Positions 27,894 to 38,368 of a stretch of DNA of 64,000 nt are shown in pieces. The stretch lies in IMG/VR virus record IMGVR_UViG_3300033418_000001, positions 44,444 through 108,443 of that record; one strand, written 5' to 3'. Every line of letters starts with the position of its first letter. The stretch's first letter is position 1. The stretch is from a virus. The notes below the pieces were generated by a model, which did no database searches, had not been told where the DNA came from, and worked only from the letters and a program-made list of their open reading frames with translations. The translations under genes and the position numbers were made by a program.

Positions 27894-28898
27894 TCCTTTG
27901 AGGAACTACGAACGAGTGGGCCACACCATGTACGCTGCCGCCAACCACACTGCGGCAGTACCCGGCTTCTCCCACGCCACAAACAGCGCCGCCCCACCAA
28001 GCAACGACGCGACAAACACCTGAAGGAGGATGACCCTCTTCATCGGTAGTGCGTCACCGTGACATCGCTCCACGGAACCATCTTCTTCTCCAAATGCCGC
28101 GCCTCGCGGTCGGAGTCCTTCGCCATCTTGCACATGGCAAAGATGAAAAGGTAGGCGAGGCCCACCCCGATGGCCACCAGTACCCACATGCCTGCGCTCA
28201 TCCCGTCACTCCTCGTTGAAGACCTTCTCTTCGATTTGCTTGAGGATGGTCATCTGCTTGTCCGTGAGAACGGTACGCTCCTTCACCGACTCCAAGAACT
28301 CGCGCTCCCACGACGTGACGCCGTACTGGGAAGCCACCCCTTCGATTTCCGCCTCGATCTTTTCCACCCGCTGCCTGACAGTCGCCATCGTACCATCTCC
28401 TATGTCTGAAGTCCCATGGCCTGCTTGAGGGACTGTTGGAGAGCGAAGAAGGCTTGGCTGAACTTCTGATCGAACGCCATGGCGATGGCATCGGTGATGC
28501 CCCGGCCCATACGCTCCTTGATCACCGCCTCGATGACCGCTTGGTTCTGCGGCTCCTTGGCCCACTCGGTGACGACCTTGTGCGCCGTCTTCTCGATCAG
28601 CGGGGTGAGGATTTCCTGAATCAGCGGGGGCGCCTGCTTGGTGCCGCCCCCGTAGCGGTTGTCGTCGCGGACGGTGCGGACCTTGAACAGGATGTCGTTG
28701 ACCGATGCCTCCACGATCTTCTTCAGATCGTCGTCGGACATCAGTTCGCCCATGGAGTCGCGGATGCGATCCTTGAGCTTCTGTTCGAACGTCTGGGGGA
28801 TTGCAACTTCGTTGCTCATGCTCACTCCTTTGAGGGGGAGGCGGCGGGACCGAAGCCCCGCCACCTGTACCACGGTACTGCGCGCAGCGAGTGCCCGG

Positions 28899-29375
28899 TT
28901 AGACCGGCTCGCCGAAGTTGATGACGCCGCCGACAGCGGTACCGGCGATGACTTCGACCGTGCCGAGCAGCACGACCGGAACCACGCCCGCGCCCAGATC
29001 GGCGTCGGCAGTGCAGGTCACTTGGCCGGAGCCGAGCGGACCCACGGCGGCGACCGTGGCGCTGCCGTCACCGTTGTCGGTGACCGCGAGCAGGTCGGGA
29101 CGGTCGGTGCCCCAAACCGGGACGCCTTCCACTTGGGCCGGATTTCCCTTCGCGTCAACGAAGGAAGCGGTCGCGGCTACGCTCTTGTCGTCAGGCAGTT
29201 GCATGTTGAAGTCTCCTTGGAAGCGGACGCTAAACGTACCGAGGGAGAGCGTCCAAACTCCCTTCGGCGGTACAGGCTTCGGAGGGGCATCGTCCTCCTC
29301 ACAGCACCCACAGAAGACGAGGCAGAACAGCTTCCTCGCCCACCGGGCATACGACCCTGCTACTTTGATGGCCAT
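28899..29375 (-). CDS. Ig-like beta-sandwich protein, possibly virion-associated
   Basis: ATASFVDAKGNPA...WGTD...DGSATVAAVG; beta-rich. Confidence 0.5.
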   Translation of the reverse strand: MAIKVAGSYARWARKLFCLVFCGCCEEDDAPPKPVPPKGVWTLSLGTFSVRFQGDFNMQLPDDKSVAATASFVDAKGNPAQVEGVPVWGTDRPDLLAVTDNGDGSATVAAVGPLGSGQVTCTADADLGAGVVPVVLLGTVEVIAGTAVGGVINFGEPV

Positions 29376-29827
29376 CAACCACCCTCCTTCACAAACTGGT
29401 GCCACTGCGCCACGTGGTGTTGGGCCTTCAGGTGATTCTGCTCCCCAAGCAGGCCCGCCCACGCCATCGCAAGCCATGACCGCTTGAGATGGAAGAAGAC
29501 GGGAGCCTCCCGCCGGAAAGGTTGTCTACCTCGGGGCTTGGTTGGCATCGACCGGCACCCCGTCAACGAACGTCTTGGTCTTGGGACCAACCATGGTGTG
29601 GCGGATGAAGCGCACGTGCCCGCAGTCCTTGGTGTCGATGATCTGCACCTTCTTCAGGGCTTCCGTGCACGTCAACACCGCCGCCTCCTCACTGTCCGCC
29701 ACCACCCCGATCACCTCCGCGAAGGTGGCGTCGCCATCATTCACCTCATGCAGCAGGTGGACCTGCCAGTACCGCACACTCATGGTCTATCCTCGATGGG
29801 TTGAAGTGTAATGCACAGGGTGCCACC

Positions 29828-30397
29828 TTACGTGACTTTTTCGTGATCCCGCTTCCACCACTTCTCAGCGGCCTTCAGTTCCGCCGCCACGTGGAGCTTG
29901 ATCTTCTCGGTGGCCGAGAGATGGCCCGCGCGACTGTTGCACACCTTGTGCGCGAGGAACAAGTTGGAGATGTGCGACGGCCCGCCATGGCCATGGGGCA
30001 CCAGATGCTCCAACGACGCCGCCTCCTCGGTCACGTGCAAGCGGCAGAAGAAGCAGAGGTCACCATCCCGCTCGCGCACCGTGCGGATCACGGGCGATGC
30101 CTTCTTCGGTCGCGGTTGCTTGGTGCCGTTGACGGTGGGCAGCGCGGGCTTCCATGCGTGCTGATTGACGTAGGCACCCCACGCCTTCTCGGACTCCTGC
30201 GTGAAGGTCACGTGGCCCTTGGCGTTGCGATAGACGATGCTCGTCTTGCTGCCCGTGCGGAAGCGCAGCAGTTCCCACTCGTTGGTGGTCTGCAACACTT
30301 CGGCGCCCGCTGCCTTGAGGAAGGAGAGGAAACCGGGGAGCTTCTTGGAGAACGTGACGACGTTGGTGAACACAACCCACTCCTTTGTTGGTCGCAC
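29828..30397 (-). CDS. HNH endonuclease-domain protein
   Basis: RDGDLCFFC...SLEHLVPHGHGG...SNLFLAHKVCN. Confidence 0.8.
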   Translation of the reverse strand: MRPTKEWVVFTNVVTFSKKLPGFLSFLKAAGAEVLQTTNEWELLRFRTGSKTSIVYRNAKGHVTFTQESEKAWGAYVNQHAWKPALPTVNGTKQPRPKKASPVIRTVRERDGDLCFFCRLHVTEEAASLEHLVPHGHGGPSHISNLFLAHKVCNSRAGHLSATEKIKLHVAAELKAAEKWWKRDHEKVT

Positions 30398-30423
30398 TCT
30401 ACCACGATGGGGGAGAACGTCAA
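30396..30423 (-). promoter_or_regulatory. Sigma70-type promoter
   Basis: TTGACG-N16-TAGAGT, then AAAGGAGTG. Confidence 0.65.
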
Positions 30424-30431
30424 GAGGCGTA

Positions 30432-30463
30432 CAAAAAAAGGGGGAGTGATCAGCCCCCCTCCC
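30432..30463 (-). terminator. Intrinsic terminator
   Basis: Minus strand GGGGG-CTGATCACT-CCCCC followed by a T7 run. Confidence 0.7.
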
Positions 30464-30483
30464 TGCTACGACCGCAAGAAGAC

Positions 30484-30939
30484 CTACGGCAGCGTCTTGG
30501 TGCCTGCCTTGAAGCGCGGGTTCATCGGCGTGACCGGCTTCGGCTGCGCTACGGATTCGAACACGAACGGGGGCGAGCTACGCACGCTGTCCACGTTGTT
30601 GAGGACGGACGACACCTCCACCCAGTAAGTGCCCACCGGGTAGGACGCCGTGAACTGGCAGGCCACCGTGCCCGGGGGGTTCGATGGGTCAGCAGTCGGG
30701 CCGGGGACCACCGCTACCCGCAGCAGGTACACCGCAGGGACAGTCGGCGGTCCCGAGGTGGCCCGGTACAGCGTGCAGTGCGTGGGCTGCGCCACCGGGG
30801 CGCCCATGCCGTCCACCAACGGGAAGGCGTCGGTGATGATCGTGCACACCGAGGGAGATGCACAGATGTACTTGGTCTGCGCGTGCGCCATGGGCAGGGT
30901 GACCCACAGCATGACCATCAGGAGGAACAGTCGCTTCAT
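30484..30939 (-). CDS. Secreted Cys-containing beta protein (paralog of 37400-37834)
   Basis: Signal peptide MKRLFLLMVMLWVTLPMAHA; CTIITD...PTHCTLYR. Confidence 0.7.
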   Translation of the reverse strand: MKRLFLLMVMLWVTLPMAHAQTKYICASPSVCTIITDAFPLVDGMGAPVAQPTHCTLYRATSGPPTVPAVYLLRVAVVPGPTADPSNPPGTVACQFTASYPVGTYWVEVSSVLNNVDSVRSSPPFVFESVAQPKPVTPMNPRFKAGTKTLP

Positions 30940-31117
30940 GGCTTCGTCTCTTCAGTGGTGGGAGCCTTGTCCTTCTTCAGGGACCGCAGCATCTTCTTGA
31001 TCGACTCCCACAGGTTGCGGGCCTCTACCGGGTTGCGGCCTGCCCAGAAGCAGAACAACCCGAAGAGGATGTGTGAAACCGTGATGGCGAGGATGCCGGT
31101 GAAGGTCATGGTGGCCC

Positions 31118-31876
31118 TCAGCAGTTGGCCGCGCCGCCTGCACCGCCGCTGCTCGATCCGCCGCTGCCGCCCGTAGTGGTGCCTGCCCCACCGGACCCTG
31201 CGGAGACGTTGCCCGCGTTGCCGCCCGTGCACTCACGGCGCACGTTGTAGGAGTCGGTCACCGTCGTGGTGGTGAAGGAGCCGTTGCCGATCACGCCGTT
31301 GCCGCCGATGGTCATGTTGGGCTGCGGGGCTTGGATGTAGCTGCCAAGCTGCGCGTTGGAGTTGAAGCCCGCGATGCCAAGGTTGGACATGCCCGTGATG
31401 CCGCTCTGCGCGATGCCCGTGAAGGCGTTGTACGACGCGATGGTGGTGTCCGCGTTGTTGTTGCTCTGCGTGACGCCGAGGCGGTACCCGAAGTAGCCCG
31501 CTGCGATGTTGGTGATCGGCCCCGCGAACAGCGCCGCCCACTTGTAGGCGCGATCCGCATCGGACTCGGGCGGTACCGGCACCGGGGCTGCGGTGATGGG
31601 CATGGCGGGGATCGAGCGCCCACCCATGGCGAGCGCCATCACGGCGAGCGACCGGGTGTTGGGGTCTCCGGTCTCGGCGATCTTCTGCAACGCGAGGAAG
31701 CGCGACTCCTCGGCCCGGGCCTGCTCCTTGAAGGCTTCGACCTTGGCCCGCTCCACGGAGGCATACGCCTCGATCTGCGCCGCGTAGTTGGCGTTGACGG
31801 TGTTCGTCGCGCACCCCGTCATGGTGACGGAGAACGCCACCAACACGATGGCGCTGATCAGCTTACTTGGTTGCAT
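31118..31876 (-). CDS. Lipoprotein with Gly-rich tail
   Basis: Lipobox MTGC; follows the o-spanin. Confidence 0.65.
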   Translation of the reverse strand: MQPSKLISAIVLVAFSVTMTGCATNTVNANYAAQIEAYASVERAKVEAFKEQARAEESRFLALQKIAETGDPNTRSLAVMALAMGGRSIPAMPITAAPVPVPPESDADRAYKWAALFAGPITNIAAGYFGYRLGVTQSNNNADTTIASYNAFTGIAQSGITGMSNLGIAGFNSNAQLGSYIQAPQPNMTIGGNGVIGNGSFTTTTVTDSYNVRRECTGGNAGNVSAGSGGAGTTTGGSGGSSSGGAGGAANC

Positions 31877-32144
31877 TCTTCTCTCCCAACAGACGTTGCC
31901 GCAACTTGATGGTCTCGATCAACTCGGCCTTGCCGTCCGCGCAGTCGCGGTACTTGAAGCCTTGGACCACCGCCCACCGCTCTACCTCATTGTGGCTTCC
32001 GCTCTTCAGTTGCTCCGGCTCCTCGCACGGGTACAACTTGGCTTGGCTGATCGGAGGCAGGTCCGACTCCCCAAGCTGCATTGATGACGCGCACCCGGCT
32101 AGGGTCAAGCCAACACTGAGCAGGGTCAGGAAGAGTTTGAGCAT
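31863..32144 (-). CDS. o-spanin (Rz1-like lipoprotein)
   Basis: Lipobox LAGC, Pro/Cys content, overlaps the i-spanin in another frame. Confidence 0.75.
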   Translation of the reverse strand: MLKLFLTLLSVGLTLAGCASSMQLGESDLPPISQAKLYPCEEPEQLKSGSHNEVERWAVVQGFKYRDCADGKAELIETIKLRQRLLGEKNATK

Positions 32145-32406
32145 GTTGGGTCACCTCGGTCATGATGGCGGGCTTCTGCGCGTCGCGCTTGGTCTTGCGC
32201 TCCACGTACTTGATGACGACCTTTTCGACTTCGCGCTCGTAGACCTTGCGGAGTTCCGTTGCCGCCATCATGCGTTCCGCCTGTGCCGCGAGGTGCTTGT
32301 TGCCCTCGTAGGCCATGCCCTTCATGAAGGAGAGGCCACACGCCGCTGCGAAGGCGAGGGCCGCGATGATCCAAACGCCGAACGGGCCGAGAATGGGCGA
32401 GAACAT
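31987..32406 (-). CDS. i-spanin (Rz-like)
   Basis: N-terminal TM helix, coiled coil, C-terminal Cys; overlapping lipoprotein gene. Confidence 0.75.
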   Translation of the reverse strand: MFSPILGPFGVWIIAALAFAAACGLSFMKGMAYEGNKHLAAQAERMMAATELRKVYEREVEKVVIKYVERKTKRDAQKPAIMTEVTQHAQTLPDPAQCWLDPSRVRVINAAWGVGPASDQPSQVVPVRGAGATEERKPQ

Positions 32407-33365
32407 GGAGCGAGCCTCCTGAGAAGCCCCATCTTAGCGGGAAGCGCCCCCTCCTAACGCTTGGTGGACCGGTCCATCACGGCCCGGGCACGCCCATAGA
32501 GGGTGATGCCCTCGTAGCGGATGTAGTCGCGCAACTCGGGGCAGTGGGACGGCTCTTCGGTGCCGGTGGTGCATTGGCACTCATGGCGGTCCCGGTTGAT
32601 GCAGTCCTCGCACTCCTTGCACCATGGACTGAAGAACTCCTCCACCCACCGCAGAAGGGAGCAGTCGCCGCCGAACTGGCGGTGGGGGAAGTCGTAGGCG
32701 GGGCAGGTGCAGACTACTTCGCCTGCTCTGGCCCGCCTGCTCATATCTTGTTCTCGTCCACCTTGTGGTCACCGCACCAGTCGGTGGAGAACACCGCCGG
32801 GTAGCCGTTCATGGTGGGCGCGTGCCTGCGGCAGCGACCGAACCCGGGCTTGGGCGTGGTAACGAGGTCACTCGTCTCTATCGCGGGTGCCTTCTCCACG
32901 TACCACATGCACGTCCTGCACTGCATCCCCTTGCTCCGGTGCTTCCACGGGTCTTCGCTCATCTCGATGCTCCTTTGTGGTCCGAGGGCGATCCACAGCG
33001 GCCACCCAACCGAACTGTTTTCGTCGCGCACGCCCGCCGATCTGAGCGGCCCGCCTACGTCTACCTTCTGACGCGATGTCATTCTTGGTCTTCTCCGAAA
33101 GCATGGTCAGTTGGGCTTGATTTCCACCAACTTCCGGTTGTCGAAGGGGAACGCCTTCGCCAGTTGGATGGGGGACACCGCCTGCATGTAGCCCTCGGCG
33201 ATCTTCAGCGGCGCCGGGAGGTGGCAGAGGATTTGCGACTTCGGCAGCATCAGGTCGGCGTCCTCGGCGGGGATCATGAAGTTGACGAAGCCGATGCGAA
33301 TCTCCGGCCCCACCTGTTGGTACTGCAACACGCGCAGCTTGCTGAACACCACGCTGTCCTCGGTC

Positions 33366-33659
33366 TCAGCCACCATCTGGCCGATGCAGTCCGTCATGTT
33401 GTTCAGCTTGAACAGCAGCACTTCCTTCGTCCCACTCATCGTCGTCCTCCTTCGGTAATCGCAACGCCTCTTCCCGGGAGATGCAGCCGCAGGAGAGAGA
33501 CGCACCATGGCGCAGGATGTCTCCGCGCAGAGTTTCCACCGTGCCGCAGATGCAGCGACAGACCCACAGCGCGTGCCCGTGGTATCGCTCTTCCGACAGC
33601 CAGATCACAAGCCACGCGCCAAACCTCTGGCGCGTCAGGTCTACCAACTTGCGGCTCAC
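33366..33659 (-). CDS. N-terminal Cys module of phage HNH/AP2-type endonuclease family, stand-alone
   Basis: DLTRQRFGAWLV...WVCRCICG...LRHGASLSCGC. Confidence 0.65.
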   Translation of the reverse strand: MSRKLVDLTRQRFGAWLVIWLSEERYHGHALWVCRCICGTVETLRGDILRHGASLSCGCISREEALRLPKEDDDEWDEGSAAVQAEQHDGLHRPDGG

Positions 33660-34228
33660 GGCGCGATGGTGAAGGACCACCCTGTAGGTGGCCTAGCGTT
33701 GTCCATCGGCCCGAGCAGCGCCCCCGACTTCGAATACACCTTGACGAGAACCTTGTGGGGCTTGTTGTCGTAGTAGGTATCGGGGATCACCCACTTCCAC
33801 ACGTTGACGTGCCCCGGGTAGGTCGGCGTGGGGACCACGGTGTAGACCGGCCCGACACCATCCACCTGCAACGTGATCTTGTTCGACTTCTCCACCACAC
33901 GACCGGAGATGTAGGAGCCGCCGATGGTGTTGGGGTTGGTCGGCGGACCCACGTCGATCTTGCCGGTGAGGAAGTCCTGCGGCTTGGGCAGCTTGGACTT
34001 CAGCACGAACTCCAAGTACGGCACGTCCTGCGACCGCACGATGGAGTCCACCATGCCCTTGGTGTAGGTGACCGCCGTGCCCTGCTGCACGACATACCCA
34101 TCAGGGAACGTCAGGGTCACATCACGCGGCTCCACCACCGTCAGGTTGGTGGGTGGCGGCAAGGTCTGCGGGTGCGCCTGTTGCGCGGCGAGGCCCAAGG
34201 CCAACACCGCGATCACTGATCCGATCAT
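33656..34228 (-). CDS. Secreted/periplasmic beta-rich protein
   Basis: Signal peptide MIGSVIAVLALGLAAQQAHP; LPPPTNLTV. Confidence 0.6.
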   Translation of the reverse strand: MIGSVIAVLALGLAAQQAHPQTLPPPTNLTVVEPRDVTLTFPDGYVVQQGTAVTYTKGMVDSIVRSQDVPYLEFVLKSKLPKPQDFLTGKIDVGPPTNPNTIGGSYISGRVVEKSNKITLQVDGVGPVYTVVPTPTYPGHVNVWKWVIPDTYYDNKPHKVLVKVYSKSGALLGPMDNARPPTGWSFTIAP

Positions 34229-34242
34229 GGTTGCGTCTCCTT

Positions 34243-34256
34243 TGCAGATGTCTGCA
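34243..34256. repeat. 14-bp quasi-palindrome copy 10
   Basis: TGCAGATGTCTGCA (QTSA, gene end). Confidence 0.95.
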
Positions 34257-34656
34257 ACACCGCGCCCTTGCGGTGAACGAGGTCAAGAAGCTCAGGGGTG
34301 GGTTCCTTCGTGCCCTCGGGCAACACCGCCATCAGGTAGTTGGCATCCACGGTGGTGTCCACGCGAGAGTCGAACTCGTACCCGGTCTGTGAAGTCAGCA
34401 TCAGCCGCCGCGACTCCTCATCGAAGCCACGCACCCGATACCATACCCTAGCCTTGATCAGGTGCAAGAGGAACTTGACCCTGCCCTGCTCGTCGGAGAA
34501 GTCCATCTTCCGCAACAGCACCGCACCATCGAACTCCCACCCTCTCGGATGTGGAGAAGCCCCCGGGGGGCCACCCTTCTCGGGCGGGGCGGGGGCTTCT
34601 GCCGGGGGCGTGACGGGCGGCTCGATCTTCTTACGGATGATCCGCACCGGCATGGC

Positions 34657-35517
34657 TCACTCCTCGGGGACGGTCACATCGAGCGTCACCTTGGGGAACG
34701 CCTGTTCCAGAGCCTTCAGGGTGTCGTCCAACTTCAGGTCCACCATCGCTTCGACCATGGCCGCGATCTTCTCGGCCTTGGTGAGCTTCTTCGGCTTCGC
34801 CGCCGGTTCCGCCGGGGCATCCGCGCCGCCGATGGTCGGGATTTCGACCGAACCGCCGAGGTACCCGGTGGCGAGGTTGGTGATGGCCACCGAATCGTAC
34901 TCGGTCTTGGTCTCGGCCTTGACCTTGGCGAGGGCTTCCTTGACGACTTCCTTCTGGTCCGACTTCAGCTTGAAGGTCATCGTGGTGAGCGTGCTGTCGC
35001 CCTCGGTCTCGGAGGCGTCCTTGCCGCCGGTCGCGGTCTTCTTCTTGACCGCATCGAGCAGTTGCACGTAGGTGAGCTTCTTCGCCTTGGCGACCCACGA
35101 TTCGACGTTCTTCGCGGTGATGACCTTGGCGATGGCCGCGATCTTGGTCCAACCGAGACCCTGCACCGCGCTGTACGGGATGCTCTTCTCGGTCAGGTTG
35201 CGGTAGATGTCGATCAGGTACATCGCCTTGCGGTAGTGCAGGGCGAACTTCTCGTTGCACAAGTCCTTGAAGGACTTGGCGTCGCCCAACCACTCCTCGG
35301 CGCCTTCCTCGCACTTGGCCTGAATCGTGGACAGTGCGCCCCCGAGCTTGAAGCTGTTCTGCTCGATGTCGTTGGACAGTTCTTCGACCAACGTGAACGC
35401 CTTCGCGGCGGTCAGGTTTTCGACCTCCTGCGCGGTAGCGAAGATCAGGTCGGCACTCGCCGCCTTCGCCTTCGTTCCCGCAGCGACCTTGCTTGCCACA
35501 CCCTTTTTCGCTGCCAT
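34657..35517 (-). CDS. Helical Lys/Ala-rich putative DNA-binding protein
   Basis: SFKDLC...HYRKAMYLIDIY...LGWTK; promoter/RBS cassette upstream. Confidence 0.6.
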   Translation of the reverse strand: MAAKKGVASKVAAGTKAKAASADLIFATAQEVENLTAAKAFTLVEELSNDIEQNSFKLGGALSTIQAKCEEGAEEWLGDAKSFKDLCNEKFALHYRKAMYLIDIYRNLTEKSIPYSAVQGLGWTKIAAIAKVITAKNVESWVAKAKKLTYVQLLDAVKKKTATGGKDASETEGDSTLTTMTFKLKSDQKEVVKEALAKVKAETKTEYDSVAITNLATGYLGGSVEIPTIGGADAPAEPAAKPKKLTKAEKIAAMVEAMVDLKLDDTLKALEQAFPKVTLDVTVPEE

Positions 35518-35560
35518 GTTCCACACTCCTTTGGTTGGACCCCTTACCGGGATCAACTTC

Positions 35561-35588
35561 ATCTTACCACATTGACAACGGAGGTCAA
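35561..35588 (-). promoter_or_regulatory. Sigma70-type promoter
   Basis: TTGACC-N16-TAAGAT, then AAAGGAGTG. Confidence 0.65.
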
Positions 35589-36313
35589 GCGTTTTTTGCT
35601 TTGACCGCCGCCAGAACTTCCACCTGTGGCTTCGTCAGCGCCCCCGGGGGGAGCTTGTAGAGCGACGCCGCCATCTGGGCCAGAACGTAGGCGTCGGCCA
35701 GATTGTTGGTCGGCGCCTCGTACCCGTACTTCTTGAACACCTGCATCATCACCTGCTCCTTCTTCCCCACCCCCTTGCCGAGGATGAACTTCTTCAGGGC
35801 CGCAGGAGCTACCTCGTACAGCGCCACGTCACCGGAATTGAGGCACATCAGGACTGACCGGACACTGGCCCCGAACTCCACCAAGGTGACGAGGGAGTGG
35901 GCGTTGGCGTACCCATACCCCTCGATGGCCACGGCCCTCGGATAATACTTGATCATGGCCTTGTTGACCGCCGCCCGCAGGTCCAAACAGCGTTGGGTCC
36001 GCTGCTTCATGGTGGCCGTCTTCGGCAGCGAGGGCAGGTTGATTTCGAAGTCCGCCACCGTGCGCCACACCTTGTGGCTCTCGTCGTAGCTCAGGACCAC
36101 CACCCCGGTGTCGGTGGACACGTCGAGGCCCATGACCGTGGTGAGGGTGGGAGTGACGGGGTAGGAGTACGAGGATGCTTGGGGCGGCGATACCGTGGAC
36201 CCTTGGGGGGTGAACCCGGGCATGTACGAAGTGAACGCCGTCATAGATGCCGGGGCACCACCGCCCACCTGAAGAATCTGGGGCTTCATCTTCTTGATGA
36301 TGTTGATCGGCAT
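35585..36313 (-). CDS. ruvC: RuvC-like Holliday junction resolvase
   Basis: VMGLDVSTDTG, VAIEGY, LKKFILGKG...KEQV, NLADAYVLA. Confidence 0.8.
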   Translation of the reverse strand: MPINIIKKMKPQILQVGGGAPASMTAFTSYMPGFTPQGSTVSPPQASSYSYPVTPTLTTVMGLDVSTDTGVVVLSYDESHKVWRTVADFEINLPSLPKTATMKQRTQRCLDLRAAVNKAMIKYYPRAVAIEGYGYANAHSLVTLVEFGASVRSVLMCLNSGDVALYEVAPAALKKFILGKGVGKKEQVMMQVFKKYGYEAPTNNLADAYVLAQMAASLYKLPPGALTKPQVEVLAAVKAKNA

Positions 36314-37200
36314 CAGAGCTTCACCCCTGACGGGTACTTGCCGCTGAAGCACTGCTTCACCACCGGGCACGCCTGCGCTCGCTTGTCCATGTGGTTGGTG
36401 CAGATCACGTGCGGCAGCACGCCACCCTTGCGGAAGGTCTGCACCCGCTGCCCGAGTTCGAAGTATTGCTCCACCGCCTCGTCGTTGCGCTGCACCGAGA
36501 ACTCCTTGAAGGGCAGCACCTTGCCATGGTCCGCGTTCATCTTGCCGAAGCCCTTGCTGATGTACAGGATGCGCGCATGGGTGAGGTCGATCTGCTCCTT
36601 CACCTCCTTGGAGGCAGCACGGTCGATCAACGCGAGGTAGACCTGAGAGCGAATGCGGTGCTTGGCCATGGGACCGGCGAGCTTGCCGAACTGGTCCTTG
36701 TCGATGCTCTTCGCTTCCACGATGGTGAGCTTCTTGTTGCCCATGTCCACGAAGAAGTCGATGCTGCCGCTGATCCCGGTGGCGGGGTCCACGAACTTCT
36801 CTTCGTGGTACTCCCAGTCGTGCTGACACAACTCGGACTTGGAGGTGTGCGGCAGCTTGGAGAAGTGCCGCTCCTCTTTGCACTTCTTGCACTTCCACAT
36901 GCCGATCACGTCGTGGCGCAGCCACTTGTTGCGGCACAGGTCATGGAGGGCTTCCCCGTTGTCGAAGGCCACCTGCAACGCGGCGTTGATGTACTCGGGG
37001 GGAAGCTTCTGCTCAAGGACATCGAGCAGTGCGAACTGCCGAGGGCAGAAGCCCAACTCGGAGTCCGTCACGGTGGAGACGTGCACCACCTTGTGCGACC
37101 GTGCTTCCCGCTTGCCCGCGAGCCGCACGTTGAGGAGTTCGACCAAGGACCGTTGGGACAGGTGGTCGTCCTGTAGCCGCTTGAGGAACTTGAGCGCCAT
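36313..37200 (-). CDS. Cas4-like/PD-(D/E)xK exonuclease
   Basis: FCPRQ, GEALHD, ISGSID...IVEAKS, QVY, C-terminal Cys cluster. Confidence 0.8.
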   Translation of the reverse strand: MALKFLKRLQDDHLSQRSLVELLNVRLAGKREARSHKVVHVSTVTDSELGFCPRQFALLDVLEQKLPPEYINAALQVAFDNGEALHDLCRNKWLRHDVIGMWKCKKCKEERHFSKLPHTSKSELCQHDWEYHEEKFVDPATGISGSIDFFVDMGNKKLTIVEAKSIDKDQFGKLAGPMAKHRIRSQVYLALIDRAASKEVKEQIDLTHARILYISKGFGKMNADHGKVLPFKEFSVQRNDEAVEQYFELGQRVQTFRKGGVLPHVICTNHMDKRAQACPVVKQCFSGKYPSGVKL

Positions 37201-37330
37201 CAGTCCTCCGCGATGATGCGGCTCGCGCACACCACATCACCGTCCACGTTCTTGGTGGTGAGGGAGAAGAAGTCGTTCCACAGGTAGTGGCCCTCGTTCG
37301 AAATGTGGTACGCGATGGTGAGGCGGCGTT

Positions 37331-37344
37331 TGCAGATGTCTGCA
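37331..37344. repeat. 14-bp quasi-palindrome copy 11
   Basis: TGCAGATGTCTGCA (ADIC). Confidence 0.95.
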
Positions 37345-37399
37345 AATGGGCACGCCTCACCGTCCCTGCACCGAGCGTAGTCGATGGGCAGGCGATGAC

Positions 37400-37834
37400 T
37401 CATTTCATCCTCAGCCCGGTCGGGGTCGGCGGCACGGTCGCCAGTGCCGTCACGATGTCCACGTTGAAGGGCAGGCTCACCGGACTGGTCCCCGCTAGGT
37501 TGGTGGCCGTCATGGTCATGGCGTAGGTGCCCGGGGAGAGGGTGGCCCGCACCGCGCACGTCTTGGACCCTGCCGGGGCTGTGGGGTAGGGCGGCGGGGC
37601 CGGGAGGCAAGCGCCCTGCAACCCGACGATGGTCGAGGAGTCCACCGGGGGCGCCGTGGCCACCAAGGTGCCGTTGCGGTACAGCGTGCAGGACGTGGGC
37701 ACCCCGGTGCTTGGGGTGTACGGGTCCGCCACGATGGTGCAGTCGGGGGTACACGTGCACTGCACGTTCTGCGCGAAGGCAGGCAGCGACACGACGATGG
37801 CAAACAGTCCGACGAGAAGCCAGAAGCGTTTCAT
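37400..37834 (-). CDS. Secreted Cys-rich FN3-like protein (paralog of 30484-30939)
   Basis: Signal peptide ...SLPAFA; CTIVAD...PTSCTLYR; GTYAMTMTATNLAGTS. Confidence 0.7.
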   Translation of the reverse strand: MKRFWLLVGLFAIVVSLPAFAQNVQCTCTPDCTIVADPYTPSTGVPTSCTLYRNGTLVATAPPVDSSTIVGLQGACLPAPPPYPTAPAGSKTCAVRATLSPGTYAMTMTATNLAGTSPVSLPFNVDIVTALATVPPTPTGLRMK

Positions 37835-38178
37835 GGTGAGTCTCCGTTGAGTTCATCGAACACGTACTTGGGCATCAGCACCCAATCGCCATTCACCTTC
37901 GGCTCTCCGCTGCCGTTGACGAAGGACAGGAACAGCAGGGGGTCGCATCCCAACTCGATGGCCTCCTGCGTGATCTTGGTGAGCCACGCCAGTTGCAGGC
38001 TCGCCGAGGAGTGTAGCGTGGCCTTGGCCTCAGCGAGGTACTTCCCCTTCCGCATGTCCCCCTTGCGACCATCGAAGGCGCCGCTGCCGGGTTGCAGCTT
38101 GGCGCCATGGGCCTTGGCCACACGCTTCTCGCTGCGCTGCCCGTGCTTGCCGCCCCGATTGAAGAGGGGGTTGGTCAC
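37831..38178 (-). CDS. Small PD-(D/E)xK nuclease (Hjc-like)
   Basis: SEKRVAK...PGSGA...KGD...LAEAKAT. Confidence 0.75.
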   Translation of the reverse strand: MTNPLFNRGGKHGQRSEKRVAKAHGAKLQPGSGAFDGRKGDMRKGKYLAEAKATLHSSASLQLAWLTKITQEAIELGCDPLLFLSFVNGSGEPKVNGDWVLMPKYVFDELNGDSP

Positions 38179-38368
38179 AGGTTGGGTTCCCGGTACGGCT
38201 CATAGCGGCGGTCGTGCAGCCACGTCACGCAGTCGGGGCACAACGCCTTGGCAGGACCACCCACGGTGTCGAGAGCCTTGCGACAGCACAGGCACAGCAC
38301 GAAGGCTTGGGTCACGATGGTGCCCGGGGCGCGCTCCTTCGCCATGGTGAGGCGGTAGTGCGGCGTCA

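Noticed and set aside
36313-37200. Cas4-like nuclease plus dispersed repeats as a CRISPR system
   Set aside because: No repeat-spacer array; the 14-bp repeats are kilobases apart. Cas4-like exonucleases are ordinary phage recombination genes, here next to RecA and RuvC.
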